From: an uncultured Gemmatimonadales bacterium
GTDB taxonomy: Bacteria > Gemmatimonadota > Gemmatimonadetes > Gemmatimonadales > GWC2-71-9
Assembly: GCA_963810165.1 (NCBI GenBank)
Contig: CAWEMG010000020.1
Coordinates: 2,243-66,242, forward strand
Reading direction: 5' to 3'
Length of the DNA: 64,000 nt
Shown: positions 40,455 to 50,250 of the stretch, piece after piece
Position numbering within the stretch: the stretch's first letter is position 1
Layout of the letters: the number at the start of each line of letters is the position of its first letter
Translations under genes and position numbers: made by a program
Notes under the pieces: generated by a model
Seen by the model: the letters and a program-made list of their open reading frames with translations, nothing else
The model's database searches: none
What the model was told of the DNA's origin: nothing

Positions 40455-40572
40455 GAGGTAAGAGAAGTAAGAAGGGAGAAGTAAGAAGTAAAGAAGTGAG
40501 AGGTGAGAGGTAAGAAGTAAGAAGTGGGCGGCACCTCTCACTTCTTACCTCTCTACTTCTCACTTCTCACTT
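40455..40572. repeat. purine-arm/pyrimidine-arm heptamer hairpin between two cistrons
   Basis: GTAAGAA/GTGAGAG-type units occupy 40455-40526. The complementary CTCTCAC/TTCTTAC units occupy 40532-40572 and cover the stop codon 40567-40569 of the upstream gene. Confidence 0.8.
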
Positions 40573-42098
40573 GCCCGACAATGACACGGCGGTCGGCTCG
40601 TCGAGGAACTGGCGCTGCCGCAGCTGGGCCACGTCCTCGGCCGCCTTCTTGCCCGCGATGAAGGCGTGATCCGAGTTGTAGTATTCCCACTCCGCGTAGC
40701 GGCCGGCCAGCACGATGTCCTGCGCCGACAGCCACTCACGGATGAGCGCGACGTTTGCGGCCCGGTCGTGATCGTACACCACGTAGGCGATCGGAAGGTC
40801 CACCTCGTGCGCGGCCCAGATCGGGTCGTCGGGCGTAAAGAATCCCACCTTGTGGCAGTCCTCAATGCAGCGGCGGATCAGCGCATCGCCCTCGACCGGC
40901 AGGGGCTTGGCATCCGAGTAGGTGATCTCGCAGGTGAGGCCGAAGCCGCCCGGCGGGTTGCAGTGGGGACTCGCGTTGCCCTGCACGAAGATTCGGTGAA
41001 AGACCGTATCCTCCGGATAATAGATCCAGTGCTTCTCGGTCAGGTTCTCCCGGCCGACCCCGATATTGACGCAGCGCACCGAGACGTGCCGCAGCGCCGC
41101 GGCGGCCCGGCGGACCTCGGCCGGTGCCTCGGCACCCGATCAGGCGCACCAGCGACGGCAAGCGGCATGGTGCTGATCAGGTACTCGTAGGACGTTTCGC
41201 TGCCGTCGGACAGCGTCACGCTGTGCCGCCTCGGTGAGACGGCCGTGACCTTGGTGTTGAGCCGGAGCTCGCCCTTCAAGTGCGGGAGAAAGCCATCCAT
41301 CAGGGCCTGGAACCCGCCCCGAAGCGGATAGCCGAACCGGGCGTTGGGTCCCATCGGCTTCGGTACCGGGGAGAGGGCCCCGTGGATCATCTCCTCGAGG
41401 TTGGGGAGCGGCACCCGTCCGCCCAGCCAGGAGGTTTCCATCTCGGTCAGCGGCACCGCCCAGAGCTTCTGGTTGTAAGGGATGGCGAAATGCTTGGCGA
41501 TCCCCGCTCCCCACACCTTGTAGATGAACTCCTCGAAGTTCCGCGGCTCGCCTTTGTGCACCGGGGTGGTTCGCCGCTCCTTGCCCGAGTAGGTCAGTCG
41601 CTTGCCGTTGCCGTTGGCCTTCATCAGCGGCTCGAACATGCCGCGGCGCTCCGGCCCGGTGTAGTCGCTGTTGGCGCCTTTATCGGCCGCGGGCTTCTTC
41701 GCCGTGAGGCTTCCGAAGCGGGCCTCGATCGCGCCCACGATACACTCGGAAATCACCTCCGGCGGCAGCCCGTACAGGGCTCCCTGGAACGGGTAGCGGG
41801 TATAGACGTTTTTGCTGAAGATCCACGCTTCCCGATCCTGCCAGTGGACGTTGTCCCCCAGCAGCAGCCGATACATCTCATGCACGTAGGGGTCGTTCGA
41901 GAACATGATGTGCCCGGCCATGTCGAAGGTGAAGCCGTTGTCTTCGACTGACCGGCACCAGCCGCCCACCCGTCCCGCCTGCTCGACCAGCAGTGCGTCC
42001 TCGCCGAGGTGGTATGCGGCGCTCAGACCGGTGGGTCCTGCTCCGACGACGACGACCGGAGCAGCGGCAGTGGAATTGTCCATATGCTTAGGTGGCAT
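40567..42098 (-). CDS. FAD-dependent oxidoreductase, UDP-galactopyranose mutase/PPOX-like, one or two frame breaks
   Basis: ORF 41040..42098 has VVVVGAGPTGLSAAYHL. After a break near 41060-41150, ORF 40567..41079 continues (HWIYYPEDTVFHRIFVQGN, VLAGRYAEWEYYNSDHAFIAG). Confidence 0.6.
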
Positions 42099-42159
42099 GT
42101 GAAGAGCCTGAATCCTTTCTATTGCTATGAGCCGTAAGGCTCAAGTGTCTGTGCGAGCT

Positions 42160-43395
42160 TCAAGCGGGCAGCCCCAGGGTCGTTCTTCCAGCCATGGCCT
42201 CTGTGAGGAGTCGTTCCATCGCCGAGACCGTCACCTCCCATGAGGTTCCGGCCAGCACCTCGCGCATCCGGGCCGTCCGCGCTGCCCGCTCTTCGGCCGA
42301 CGAGGCGAGAGCCGCCTCGCAGGCCCGGACAAACTCGTCCGGCGTGTCGCCCAGGTACACGATCTCCCCGTATGGCTCGGCGACGTCGGTGATCGGCGTA
42401 CTGACGATCGGGAGCTCGGCCGCCATATACTCCAGGGTCTTCGTCGGGCTGATGAACTTCGTCGCATCGTTCCGCGCGAAGGGAAGGAGACAGACGTCCC
42501 AGCCGGCGAGATATCGGGGCAGCTCGTCGTATGAGCGCTGGCCGAAGTAGTGAATATTCGGCTTTCGGGGAAGCCGAGCCGGATCGATCTTGACCACCGG
42601 CCCGACCAGGACGATCTGCCAGTCCGGGTGCTCACCGGCAAGCCGGTCGATGATGTCGAGATCCAGGCGTTCGTCGATGACGCCGTAGAACCCCAGCCGC
42701 GGGTGCGGCAGCTCAGCCTGATCTTCGGCCTCACTCACTTCGTTGCCGCCGGGTCGCGTCAGTCGAAAGTGGCCGGCGTCGACGCTGCTGGGAAAACAGT
42801 GCACATTGGGGTGGCGCGACTGCTTGGCGCGAAACAGGCTGGGCCCCCCGGTGAACATCACATCGGCGTACTCCAGCAGCTGCTCCTCGAGGGCCAGCAG
42901 CTCGGGCGGAGCGCCAAGAAAGAGGGACAGCTCGTCCATGCAGTCGTAGACCACAGCGTCAGGATCCAACGCCAGAGCGAGCGGCAGCGCCATGGGCGTG
43001 TAGAGCCAGGCCAGCAGATTGACGTCACCCAGCTCCGCGGTGAGGTCGGCCATCAGCGGCTCCAGTACGGGGAGCTGCTCGGCATGAAAGCCGGGGGCAG
43101 CTACCGGAGTGCGGGGCCGGTACACTGTCACATTTGGATGGGGACTGCTCCGCTCCCATCGGGCGGGGCCCTCGGCGTCGAACTCGGGCTCCTCCACGAA
43201 CACGACCGGGTGCATCGCGGCGAGACGGGAAAGAAGGTGCTGGGGGCGTTGATAGACGAAATTCCAGCGGAGGTGCGAAAAGGCGACAATCGTGTATGGC
43301 AGCTGCATGAAGCGCTCGTGCGTTTGCGAGTAGAACTTCGGTCCAGCGGCACTCGTTGCGGCCCGGATGTCGGTGTGCAGACCCTCCTTCGCCAA
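42160..43395 (-). CDS. glycosyltransferase (GT-B, family 1/4-like)
   Basis: Intact ORF with FSHLRWNFVYQRPQHLLSRLA near the N-terminus and FISPTKTLEYMAAELPIVST in the C-terminal half. The start is uncertain (TTG 43395 or ATG 43308). Confidence 0.7.
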   Translation of the reverse strand: MAKEGLHTDIRAATSAAGPKFYSQTHERFMQLPYTIVAFSHLRWNFVYQRPQHLLSRLAAMHPVVFVEEPEFDAEGPARWERSSPHPNVTVYRPRTPVAAPGFHAEQLPVLEPLMADLTAELGDVNLLAWLYTPMALPLALALDPDAVVYDCMDELSLFLGAPPELLALEEQLLEYADVMFTGGPSLFRAKQSRHPNVHCFPSSVDAGHFRLTRPGGNEVSEAEDQAELPHPRLGFYGVIDERLDLDIIDRLAGEHPDWQIVLVGPVVKIDPARLPRKPNIHYFGQRSYDELPRYLAGWDVCLLPFARNDATKFISPTKTLEYMAAELPIVSTPITDVAEPYGEIVYLGDTPDEFVRACEAALASSAEERAARTARMREVLAGTSWEVTVSAMERLLTEAMAGRTTLGLPA

Positions 43396-43396
43396 A

Positions 43397-43426
43397 GCAG
43401 CTCAGCTGCTTTCGCACTCGAGTGCG
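43397..43426. promoter_or_regulatory. two adjacent perfect palindromes in the divergent GT/SRPBCC intergenic region
   Basis: GCAGCTCAGCTGC (43397-43409) and CGCACTCGAGTGCG (43413-43426). I have no further evidence of function. Confidence 0.25.
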
Positions 43427-43568
43427 TGTTAGCCACGGCTGATCTATCAGCGGGGGGAATCTGCCATTACCGACCAGTCTTTTCGGGGTTGCGCACCTCC
43501 TAAAGCGTGTGAGTACCGTCACAGAAGAGTCCGCGAGAAACGCGTGAGTTTCTACCTCAGGAGGAACA

Positions 43569-44466
43569 ATGGCGCTCAAACTGTTTATCGGTGGCCTCAC
43601 CGCCGGCGCAGGCCTGGTGTATCTGCTCGACCCCGAGCGGGGGCCCACGCGACGGCAGCAATTAACCGAGCGGCTGCGTCCCCTGCTGGAAGGAGCGGGG
43701 CGCGTGCTGGAGCGTGGCGCCGGGTCGGTAGTTCCGCCAACCCCGGGCTACGGTGCGCGCATCGGCGACCTGGAAGGCCTTGGGGCTGCTACGCTCAGGT
43801 CCCGGGACCGGGAGGGATCCTCTTCCGGCGGCAGGACGACCGCTCTGAAGGTCGTCGGTGGATTGTTGGCGCTCTATGCCCTGACCCGGAGGGGAATGGT
43901 GGCAACGATGCTGCGCACCGTCGGAACGGGCCTCCTGGTCGGCTCAGCCGGCCGCGGCAAGCTGGGGATCGGCGGAGTATCGCCCCTCGACCGCCGGCGT
44001 GCCGTCGACATCCAGAAGACCCTGTACATCGACGCGCCGGTCGAGCAGGTATATGCCTTCTGGAGCAACTACGAAAACTTCCCACTGTTCATGTCCCATG
44101 TCCGAGCGGTCGAGGACCTGGGGAGCGGGTCGGTCGCGGTGGAGCGTCAGTGGTCCCGGGGGGGTGCCGATCGAATGGAGCGCCATGCTTACGCAACAGG
44201 CTCCGGGCCAAGTCATCGCGTGGCGGAGTGAGGCGGGATCGATGCTGGAGAACGCCGGCGTCATCCGCTTCACTCCTTCGGGGAGCGGCACCCGGGTGAA
44301 CTTGCGGTTTTGCTACCACCCGCCCGCGGGCGGCGCGGGACAGGCAGTGGCGGAGCTGCTCGGCTCGGATCCGCGGGCTAAACTGAACGAGGACCTCGGG
44401 CGCATGAAAGCGCTGCTCGAGGCCACCACCAGGAGTGAGTTACATGGCAAGGAATCTCAGCCGTAA
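43569..44466 (+). CDS. membrane-anchored SRPBCC (cyclase/dehydrase) family protein, one frame break
   Basis: ORF 43569..44231 has an N-terminal TM and VEQVYAFWSNYENFPLFMSHVRAVEDLG. It continues in ORF 43999..44466 (VIAWRSEAGSMLENAGVIRFTP). Confidence 0.65.
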
Positions 44467-45787
44467 ATTCGCGACCATGACGGAGGAGGAACGCCTCCAG
44501 TTCGCGCGGAAGGAAAGCGAGGGTACCGACGATCGTCCGACCGAGCTCGATTTCGAGGAGCCGCGCGACGATAAGAACATGGGGCCCGGCTTTTCCAATC
44601 TGAAGCAGGAAGTGGCCGATCCAGAGCATCGCGATGGTATGGCGGCCCTGCTGGACGATGAAGGCGCACGACCGTGCGGTCCAGCAGCAGACCCGGGACC
44701 GGCAGGCGCCGGAGCCCGAAGCGGAATGAAGCGAGCCGGAAAGCATCACCCAGAACGGCTCTCTGCTGCACCGCTGCTCATCATGGCCGGGGTGTCCTTC
44801 GTCGCGGTGCGGCGCCTGCGTGCCCGGCTGGGATACAGCCTGGAAGGCCGTGTCGTGCTGATCACCGGCAGCTCCCGGGGACTGGGCCTTGCGCTGGCGC
44901 GGCAGATGGCGGAGGAAGGGGCTCGCGTAGTCCTCTCGGGGCGGGATCCCGAGTCGCTCGAGCGCGCGATGGCCTCGTTGGCCGATACCGGTGCCGACGT
45001 GCTGGCGGTTCCGGCAGACGTCACCGACCCCGGCTCCGTGGCGGACATGATCGCGGCCGTTCGGGAGCGCTACGGCCAGGTTGACGTGCTCGTGAACAAC
45101 GCCGGCGTCATCGAGGTGGGTCCCGCCGAGACCATGTCGGTGGCGGATTATGAAGAAGCGATGGCCACCAACTTCTGGGGAATGCTCTACCCCACGCTGG
45201 CTCTCCTGCCCGACATGCGCGCCCGGCGTTCGGGGCGCATCGTGAACATCACGTCGATAGGCGGGAAGCTCGGCATTCCCCACCTGCTGCCATACAGCGC
45301 CAGTAAGTTTGCCGCCGTCGGGTTCTCCCAGGGACTGCGGGCCGAGGTTGCCGCGGACGGGGTGAAGGTGGTGACAGTCTGTCCCGGACTCATGCGCACC
45401 GGGAGTCCGCGTAATGCCATCTTCCGCGGTCGGCACCGCTCGGAGTACGCGTGGTTCAGCATCAGCGATAACTTGCCCGGTCTCTCCATCAGCGCCGACA
45501 GCGCGGCGCGACGGATCGTGGCTGCCTGCCGCCGCGGTGACACCGAGGTGCTCTTTCCCTGGCCCGCCAAGGCGGCCGCCGTGGTAAATGCGGTGGCGCC
45601 TGGTCTGACTTCCGGGATTCTCGCTACTGTGGAGCGGCTGCTCCCCAGTTCCGAAGGCGGTCAGCCAGGGCGCAGGAAAGGTGCTGACAGCCAGTCCTGG
45701 CTTTCTCCCTCATGGCTCAGCCGTCTGGGCGACCGGGCGGCCAGGAAATACAACCAGATCGCCCCGTCGGAGGGCGCCACAGCATAA
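44444..45787 (+). CDS. SDR family oxidoreductase with ~130-aa N-terminal extension
   Basis: ATG 44444 lies 8 nt after AGGAG. Motifs: VLITGSSRGLGLALA (TGxxxGxG), NNAG, PYSASKFAAVG (YxxxK). The first ~70 aa (FATMTEEERLQFARKESEG) resemble small general-stress proteins, so this may be a separate gene fused here. Confidence 0.75.
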   Translation: MARNLSRKFATMTEEERLQFARKESEGTDDRPTELDFEEPRDDKNMGPGFSNLKQEVADPEHRDGMAALLDDEGARPCGPAADPGPAGAGARSGMKRAGKHHPERLSAAPLLIMAGVSFVAVRRLRARLGYSLEGRVVLITGSSRGLGLALARQMAEEGARVVLSGRDPESLERAMASLADTGADVLAVPADVTDPGSVADMIAAVRERYGQVDVLVNNAGVIEVGPAETMSVADYEEAMATNFWGMLYPTLALLPDMRARRSGRIVNITSIGGKLGIPHLLPYSASKFAAVGFSQGLRAEVAADGVKVVTVCPGLMRTGSPRNAIFRGRHRSEYAWFSISDNLPGLSISADSAARRIVAACRRGDTEVLFPWPAKAAAVVNAVAPGLTSGILATVERLLPSSEGGQPGRRKGADSQSWLSPSWLSRLGDRAARKYNQIAPSEGATA

Positions 45788-45797
45788 GGGAGGTCCC

Positions 45798-46559
45798 ATG
45801 GCATCGCCCAAGAATGGCAATACTTCGAATGAACGTTGGGAAAACCTGCGCCGACACCAGCAGGGCGAGCCCGATATGGGCAAGGCTCAGCGGGTGGTCT
45901 CCGGGCTGGCAGGCGTGACGCTGATGGCGCTGACGCTGCGCACCCGAAGGCTGCGCCCTTTCCTGGTTCCTGTGGCCACCGGCTTGATCGCGAAGGCACT
46001 TACCGGCCGGCCCGGGCAGCAGAAGCTGAGCGATGTCTGGCGCCGCAGGGGCAAGAGCCCGGTGGCCAGCATCGGGCGAGGGCAGGGGATCAAGGTCGAG
46101 GAGAACGTCACCATCAACCGTCCGGTGGTGGAGGTGTATCGCTTCTGGCGCAACTTCGAGAATCTTCCCCGGTTCATGGACCATCTCGAGGCAGTAACCG
46201 TGGTGGACGACACCCACTCGCACTGGGTCGCCAAGGGGCCCGCAGGCACCCGGGTGGAATGGGATGCGGTCATCCACAACGAGGTCGACGACGAGCTGAT
46301 CGCGTGGCGTTCACTCCCCGGTTCGGAGGTAAGTAACGCCGGATCGGTGCACTTCACTCCCACGCCCGATGGCGCCGGAACCGACGTGCGGGTGGTGCTG
46401 AGCTACGACCCTCCGGCCGGCAAGCTCGGTGCGGCCGTGGCCAAGCTCCTGGGCGAGGAACCGTCCACACAGGTGGCCGAAGATCTCCGCCGGTTCAAGC
46501 AGGTCATGGACTCAGGGGATGTGACGGCCGGCTCGCGGCCCCGCGCAGGACGGGCATAG
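45798..46559 (+). CDS. membrane-anchored SRPBCC (cyclase/dehydrase) family protein
   Basis: ATG 45798 follows AAGGGAGG. Motifs: VVEVYRFWRNFENLPRFMDHLEAVTVVDD, LIAWRSLPGSEVSNAGSVHFTP. Paralog of 43569-44466. Confidence 0.7.
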   Translation: MASPKNGNTSNERWENLRRHQQGEPDMGKAQRVVSGLAGVTLMALTLRTRRLRPFLVPVATGLIAKALTGRPGQQKLSDVWRRRGKSPVASIGRGQGIKVEENVTINRPVVEVYRFWRNFENLPRFMDHLEAVTVVDDTHSHWVAKGPAGTRVEWDAVIHNEVDDELIAWRSLPGSEVSNAGSVHFTPTPDGAGTDVRVVLSYDPPAGKLGAAVAKLLGEEPSTQVAEDLRRFKQVMDSGDVTAGSRPRAGRA

Positions 46560-46566
46560 CTCCAGC

Positions 46567-47527
46567 GTGGCGTACGACTGTGCGGTGGTAGGCGGTGGAC
46601 CAGCAGGGCTCAGTGGTGCTCTCATGCTGGGCCGCTGCCGCCGCAGTGTACTGGTGTGCGATGCCGGTGAGCCCCGCAACGCGCGGTCCCACGAGTTGCA
46701 TGGATATCTCACCCGCGACGGGATCGATCCGGGAGAGCTCCTGCGTCTCGCCCGGGAGGAGTTGCGCCGCTATCCGTCCGTCGAGCTGCACCGCGGCAAG
46801 ATCGTGGACGCGCGCCGAACTTCAGTTGGATTCACAATCGTCTGCGAAGGTGGTCTGCAATTCGATGCCCGGAAGCTGCTCCTCGCTACCGGCGTGGTAG
46901 ACGAACTTCCGGCTGTGGAGGGCTTGCGCGAGCTCTACGGCAGAAGCGTCCATCATTGCCCCTACTGCGACGGGTGGGAGTGGCGGGATCAACCTCTCGC
47001 GGTATACGGCCGGGGAACACCAGGATCGGCTCTGGCTCTGGGACTTACGGTGTGGAGCCAGGACATCGTGCTCTGCACCGACGGCCCCAGCGGCCTCACT
47101 CGAACGGGAAGAGGAAGCGCTCGGAGAGGCTGGAGTCGAGATCCGGGAGGATCCGGTCGTGCGGCTAGAAGGGCGCGATGGGCGGCTGCAGCGGGTGATC
47201 TTCGGGGTCGGCACGCCGCTTCCACGCAGCGCGCTGTTCTTCTGCACCGGCCAGCATCAGCGATCTCCTCTGGCCGAACAACTGGGTGCCGAATTCAACG
47301 AGAAAGGTACCGTTGACACCGGCGTCTGTGAGTCTACCAACGTGCCGGGCCTATATGTAGCGGGTGACTCGTCCAAGGAGGCTCAGTTCGTGATCGTGGC
47401 AGCCGCCGAAGGGGCCAAGGCCGCCACCGCAATCAACCAGGCCCTACTGAAGGACGACCTGGCTCAGAAGAGCACCTCGAATCCCAACCGGAACAGGCGG
47501 GGAGAGCCATACGCGAAGAGCGGTTGA
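46567..47527 (+). CDS. thioredoxin-reductase-like NAD(P)/FAD-dependent oxidoreductase, one frame break
   Basis: ORF 46567..47316 has AVVGGGPAGLSGAL and HHCPYCDGWE. It continues in ORF 47159..47527 (NVPGLYVAGDSS). The 3' end overlaps the convergent receptor gene, so the stop is uncertain. Confidence 0.7.
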
Positions 47528-50250
47528 GTGAAATCCCGCGCCGCTGACTGGTAGAGGGGATACAGCTCATCCCGGCCGGAGATGTATCCGTTCCCGTCCG
47601 TGTCGGCATACGCCCGATAACGCCCTGATTCATACGGGATGTCTTCCGGATGTGCCTGATACGCCGCTTCCGCAAGTGAATCAATACCGGCCGGTGTAAG
47701 GTCCGGCTCCCCGGTATCGCGACGCACCGCGACGACATTCCGGCGGTTCAGCAGATTCCTCACGTCGACATAGATCCCTGCGCGGACGCCTCCCAGGCGC
47801 AGGGGCCGGCGTACCAGCAGATCGACGGTCATCACCGCCGGCAGGCGAGCGTCGTTGGGCAGGCCGATCAGCGAGTCGCCTGCGAGATTGACGCGGGAGT
47901 ACGGCAGGCCGGAGCCGTACCGCAGGATAGCGGCGCTTTCCAGGCCCGCGAGCAGGCGAACTCCGGCGAGCGCGGGACCCGCACTGTCTGGAACCTGGGC
48001 CCGTACCACGGCGGTGACGGTGTGCCGGCGGTCATAGTCGAGCGGGAACTCGGCGGGCGCAGGGCGGACCGTGTCGCCGGTTGATGGGTCAATAGTGATC
48101 ACGCGGTTGAGGAGGAACGCATCAGACGCCGTCGCGACCGCGTTCTGCAGCGTGTAGGCCAGCCGCAGCCCGAAGCCATCCCGCATCTCGCGCTCGAAGA
48201 GCAGCTCCGCACCCTTCACACTGCCGGCGTCGGCGTTGCCGAAGATGGTAGAGTCGGGATCGATGCCGATCGGCACCGAGGCCACCAGCCCCTCCAGGCG
48301 TTTCACGTATACGCCGAGACGAAGGGAGGTGACCGAGGTGGGCCGGACTCGAAGGCTCAGCTCGTATTGGGTTGCGTCCTCGAAGCCGATGTTCGGATTT
48401 CCTCGCCGGAAACGGCCGGTGCGGGTGCTATCGTCGAATGCGGCATCTACCAGATACTGATAGTCCGGGGCCTGAGAGAAGCGGCCGTAGCTGGCTACAA
48501 AGGTGGCGCCGGCCAGGACGGTGGACACTGCGAGGCGGGGACTGACTCGGCTCTGGGACCCGCGAGACTCCGCTGCCAGGTCGCTGCCGCCGTCAAACTG
48601 GTCGTACCGGACACCGCCGGTGAACGCCAGGTCCTCCAGACGAAACTGGGCCTCGAGGTACCCCGCGGCGCTCGACGGCGAAAAATCGGAGAGCGCCACC
48701 GGCGGCACGCTGTCACCGGTGCCGACCGGCAGATAACCGAGCGCCCGCTGATAAGTATCGACCCGCTGCCGCGTCAGCTCGGCCCCGGCGTAGAGGTCGA
48801 CCCGCTCGCTCGCGCCGAAGGTCACATCCAGCTGACCCCGCGTCTCGCCGAAGTGGCTCCAGCCCAGATCGCCGCGCGAGCCGGTACCGACGAAAAACGC
48901 CGGCACTCCCCACGGCGTTGCGAAGCTGGCCTCCGGTCTTTGGAGCCCGGCGATCGGCGCCCCGGACGGGTCCTGCGCCCGGGCCTGCTCTTCGCCGATG
49001 AAATGAAAGCGCCGGCCGGTCAGGGCCCCGAAGGCGTAGTCCACCTCCTCGCTCAAGGTGCCCCGCGCGAACTCGCGCGAAAACCAGCCGAACCTGAGAT
49101 CCACGACCAGTGGCTTGCCGTGGCCCGGCGCACTAGCGTACTGCGCATGTCCGTTCAGGAGGTCACCCCGCAGCCGCTGCCCCGGCGCCAGATTCAGGTC
49201 GTACTTGTACGCAGGGTCATAGAGCAGGCTCTGGTCCTCGGTGTGGAGGCCGAGCAGTCGTAGAGTGAACTGGTCCGACACCGGGAGCACCAGCTTGCCC
49301 AGCGCGCTCCACTGTTCGCCGCTGTTATGAGGCAGGAGGAAAGGAGCGGCTGTCCGCGGGTCGCGCGGGTCGGTCGGAGCCGGGGCGTTCACCGGATCGG
49401 CATCGAGTCTTCCCGTCACATCGAACGCTGCGACAAATCCGAGACGTCCCACCACTGGCCCGTCCGCCTGGGCCACGAACCGGTCGAGCCCGAGGTCCGC
49501 GCCTCCCGCCAGGGGACGGTCAGTCTCGTATCCGACCCGGCCTTGCCAGCTTTCACCCGGCTCCTTGGTCACCACGTTCACCATGCCGGAGAGCGCCTGC
49601 CCATAGCGCGCAGAAAAGCCGTTGGTGACGAGAGACGCCTCGCTCAGAACATCCGGGGGAATCTTGAGGCCGAGCCCGCCGTTGGCGGCGTCGAGCTGGT
49701 TCTTGACGCCGAGTCCGTCGAGGATGAACGACTCCTCTCCCAGCCGGCCGCCACGATAGCTCTGCCCCACGCTACCGGCCGAGAGCGCGATGGCCTCCTC
49801 CAGGGAGCTTATCGGAAGCTCCCGCAGGTCCTCGGCGGTGATCTTCTGTTCGGTAGCGGTGGCGAGTGGGTCGAGCACCGGGTCAACCGGCGCGGTCACG
49901 ACGAGAGGGGCCAGCTCCAGCGGGTTGGTTTCGAGAGTAAAGTCGAGCGTGACGGTTGCGCCGCCCCGCACGAAGACGCTGTCCTGCACCACACTGCGAT
50001 ATCCGATCAGCCGGGCGGAGATCCGATGCCAGCCGCTTCGCACCCCGAGCGCGCGGTAGACGCCGGCCGCGTCGGAGATGGCTCGGAGCCGGTCGTCCAC
50101 CAGCACCTCGGCTTGCGCCAGTCCCGCGCCGGTGCGGGCATCCACTACCCGGCCCGCGAGCGCCCCTTCCGACTGGGCGGAGGCTTGCTGTGGCACAGCC
50201 AGGGCTGCCAGCAGGCCGACCGCCATTCCCGCCCGCTGCAGGACACTCAC
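47464..50250 (-). CDS. TonB-dependent receptor with N-terminal carboxypeptidase-regulatory-like domain
   Basis: Intact 928 aa. Signal is AVPQQASAQ. Also GRVVDARTGAGLAQAEV, plug-like FILDGLGVKN and TNGFSARYGQALSGMVNVVTK, and a C-terminal ...FRLGFEVLF. Confidence 0.85.
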   Translation of the reverse strand: MSVLQRAGMAVGLLAALAVPQQASAQSEGALAGRVVDARTGAGLAQAEVLVDDRLRAISDAAGVYRALGVRSGWHRISARLIGYRSVVQDSVFVRGGATVTLDFTLETNPLELAPLVVTAPVDPVLDPLATATEQKITAEDLRELPISSLEEAIALSAGSVGQSYRGGRLGEESFILDGLGVKNQLDAANGGLGLKIPPDVLSEASLVTNGFSARYGQALSGMVNVVTKEPGESWQGRVGYETDRPLAGGADLGLDRFVAQADGPVVGRLGFVAAFDVTGRLDADPVNAPAPTDPRDPRTAAPFLLPHNSGEQWSALGKLVLPVSDQFTLRLLGLHTEDQSLLYDPAYKYDLNLAPGQRLRGDLLNGHAQYASAPGHGKPLVVDLRFGWFSREFARGTLSEEVDYAFGALTGRRFHFIGEEQARAQDPSGAPIAGLQRPEASFATPWGVPAFFVGTGSRGDLGWSHFGETRGQLDVTFGASERVDLYAGAELTRQRVDTYQRALGYLPVGTGDSVPPVALSDFSPSSAAGYLEAQFRLEDLAFTGGVRYDQFDGGSDLAAESRGSQSRVSPRLAVSTVLAGATFVASYGRFSQAPDYQYLVDAAFDDSTRTGRFRRGNPNIGFEDATQYELSLRVRPTSVTSLRLGVYVKRLEGLVASVPIGIDPDSTIFGNADAGSVKGAELLFEREMRDGFGLRLAYTLQNAVATASDAFLLNRVITIDPSTGDTVRPAPAEFPLDYDRRHTVTAVVRAQVPDSAGPALAGVRLLAGLESAAILRYGSGLPYSRVNLAGDSLIGLPNDARLPAVMTVDLLVRRPLRLGGVRAGIYVDVRNLLNRRNVVAVRRDTGEPDLTPAGIDSLAEAAYQAHPEDIPYESGRYRAYADTDGNGYISGRDELYPLYQSAARDFTQPLFAYGSPRLFRLGFEVLF

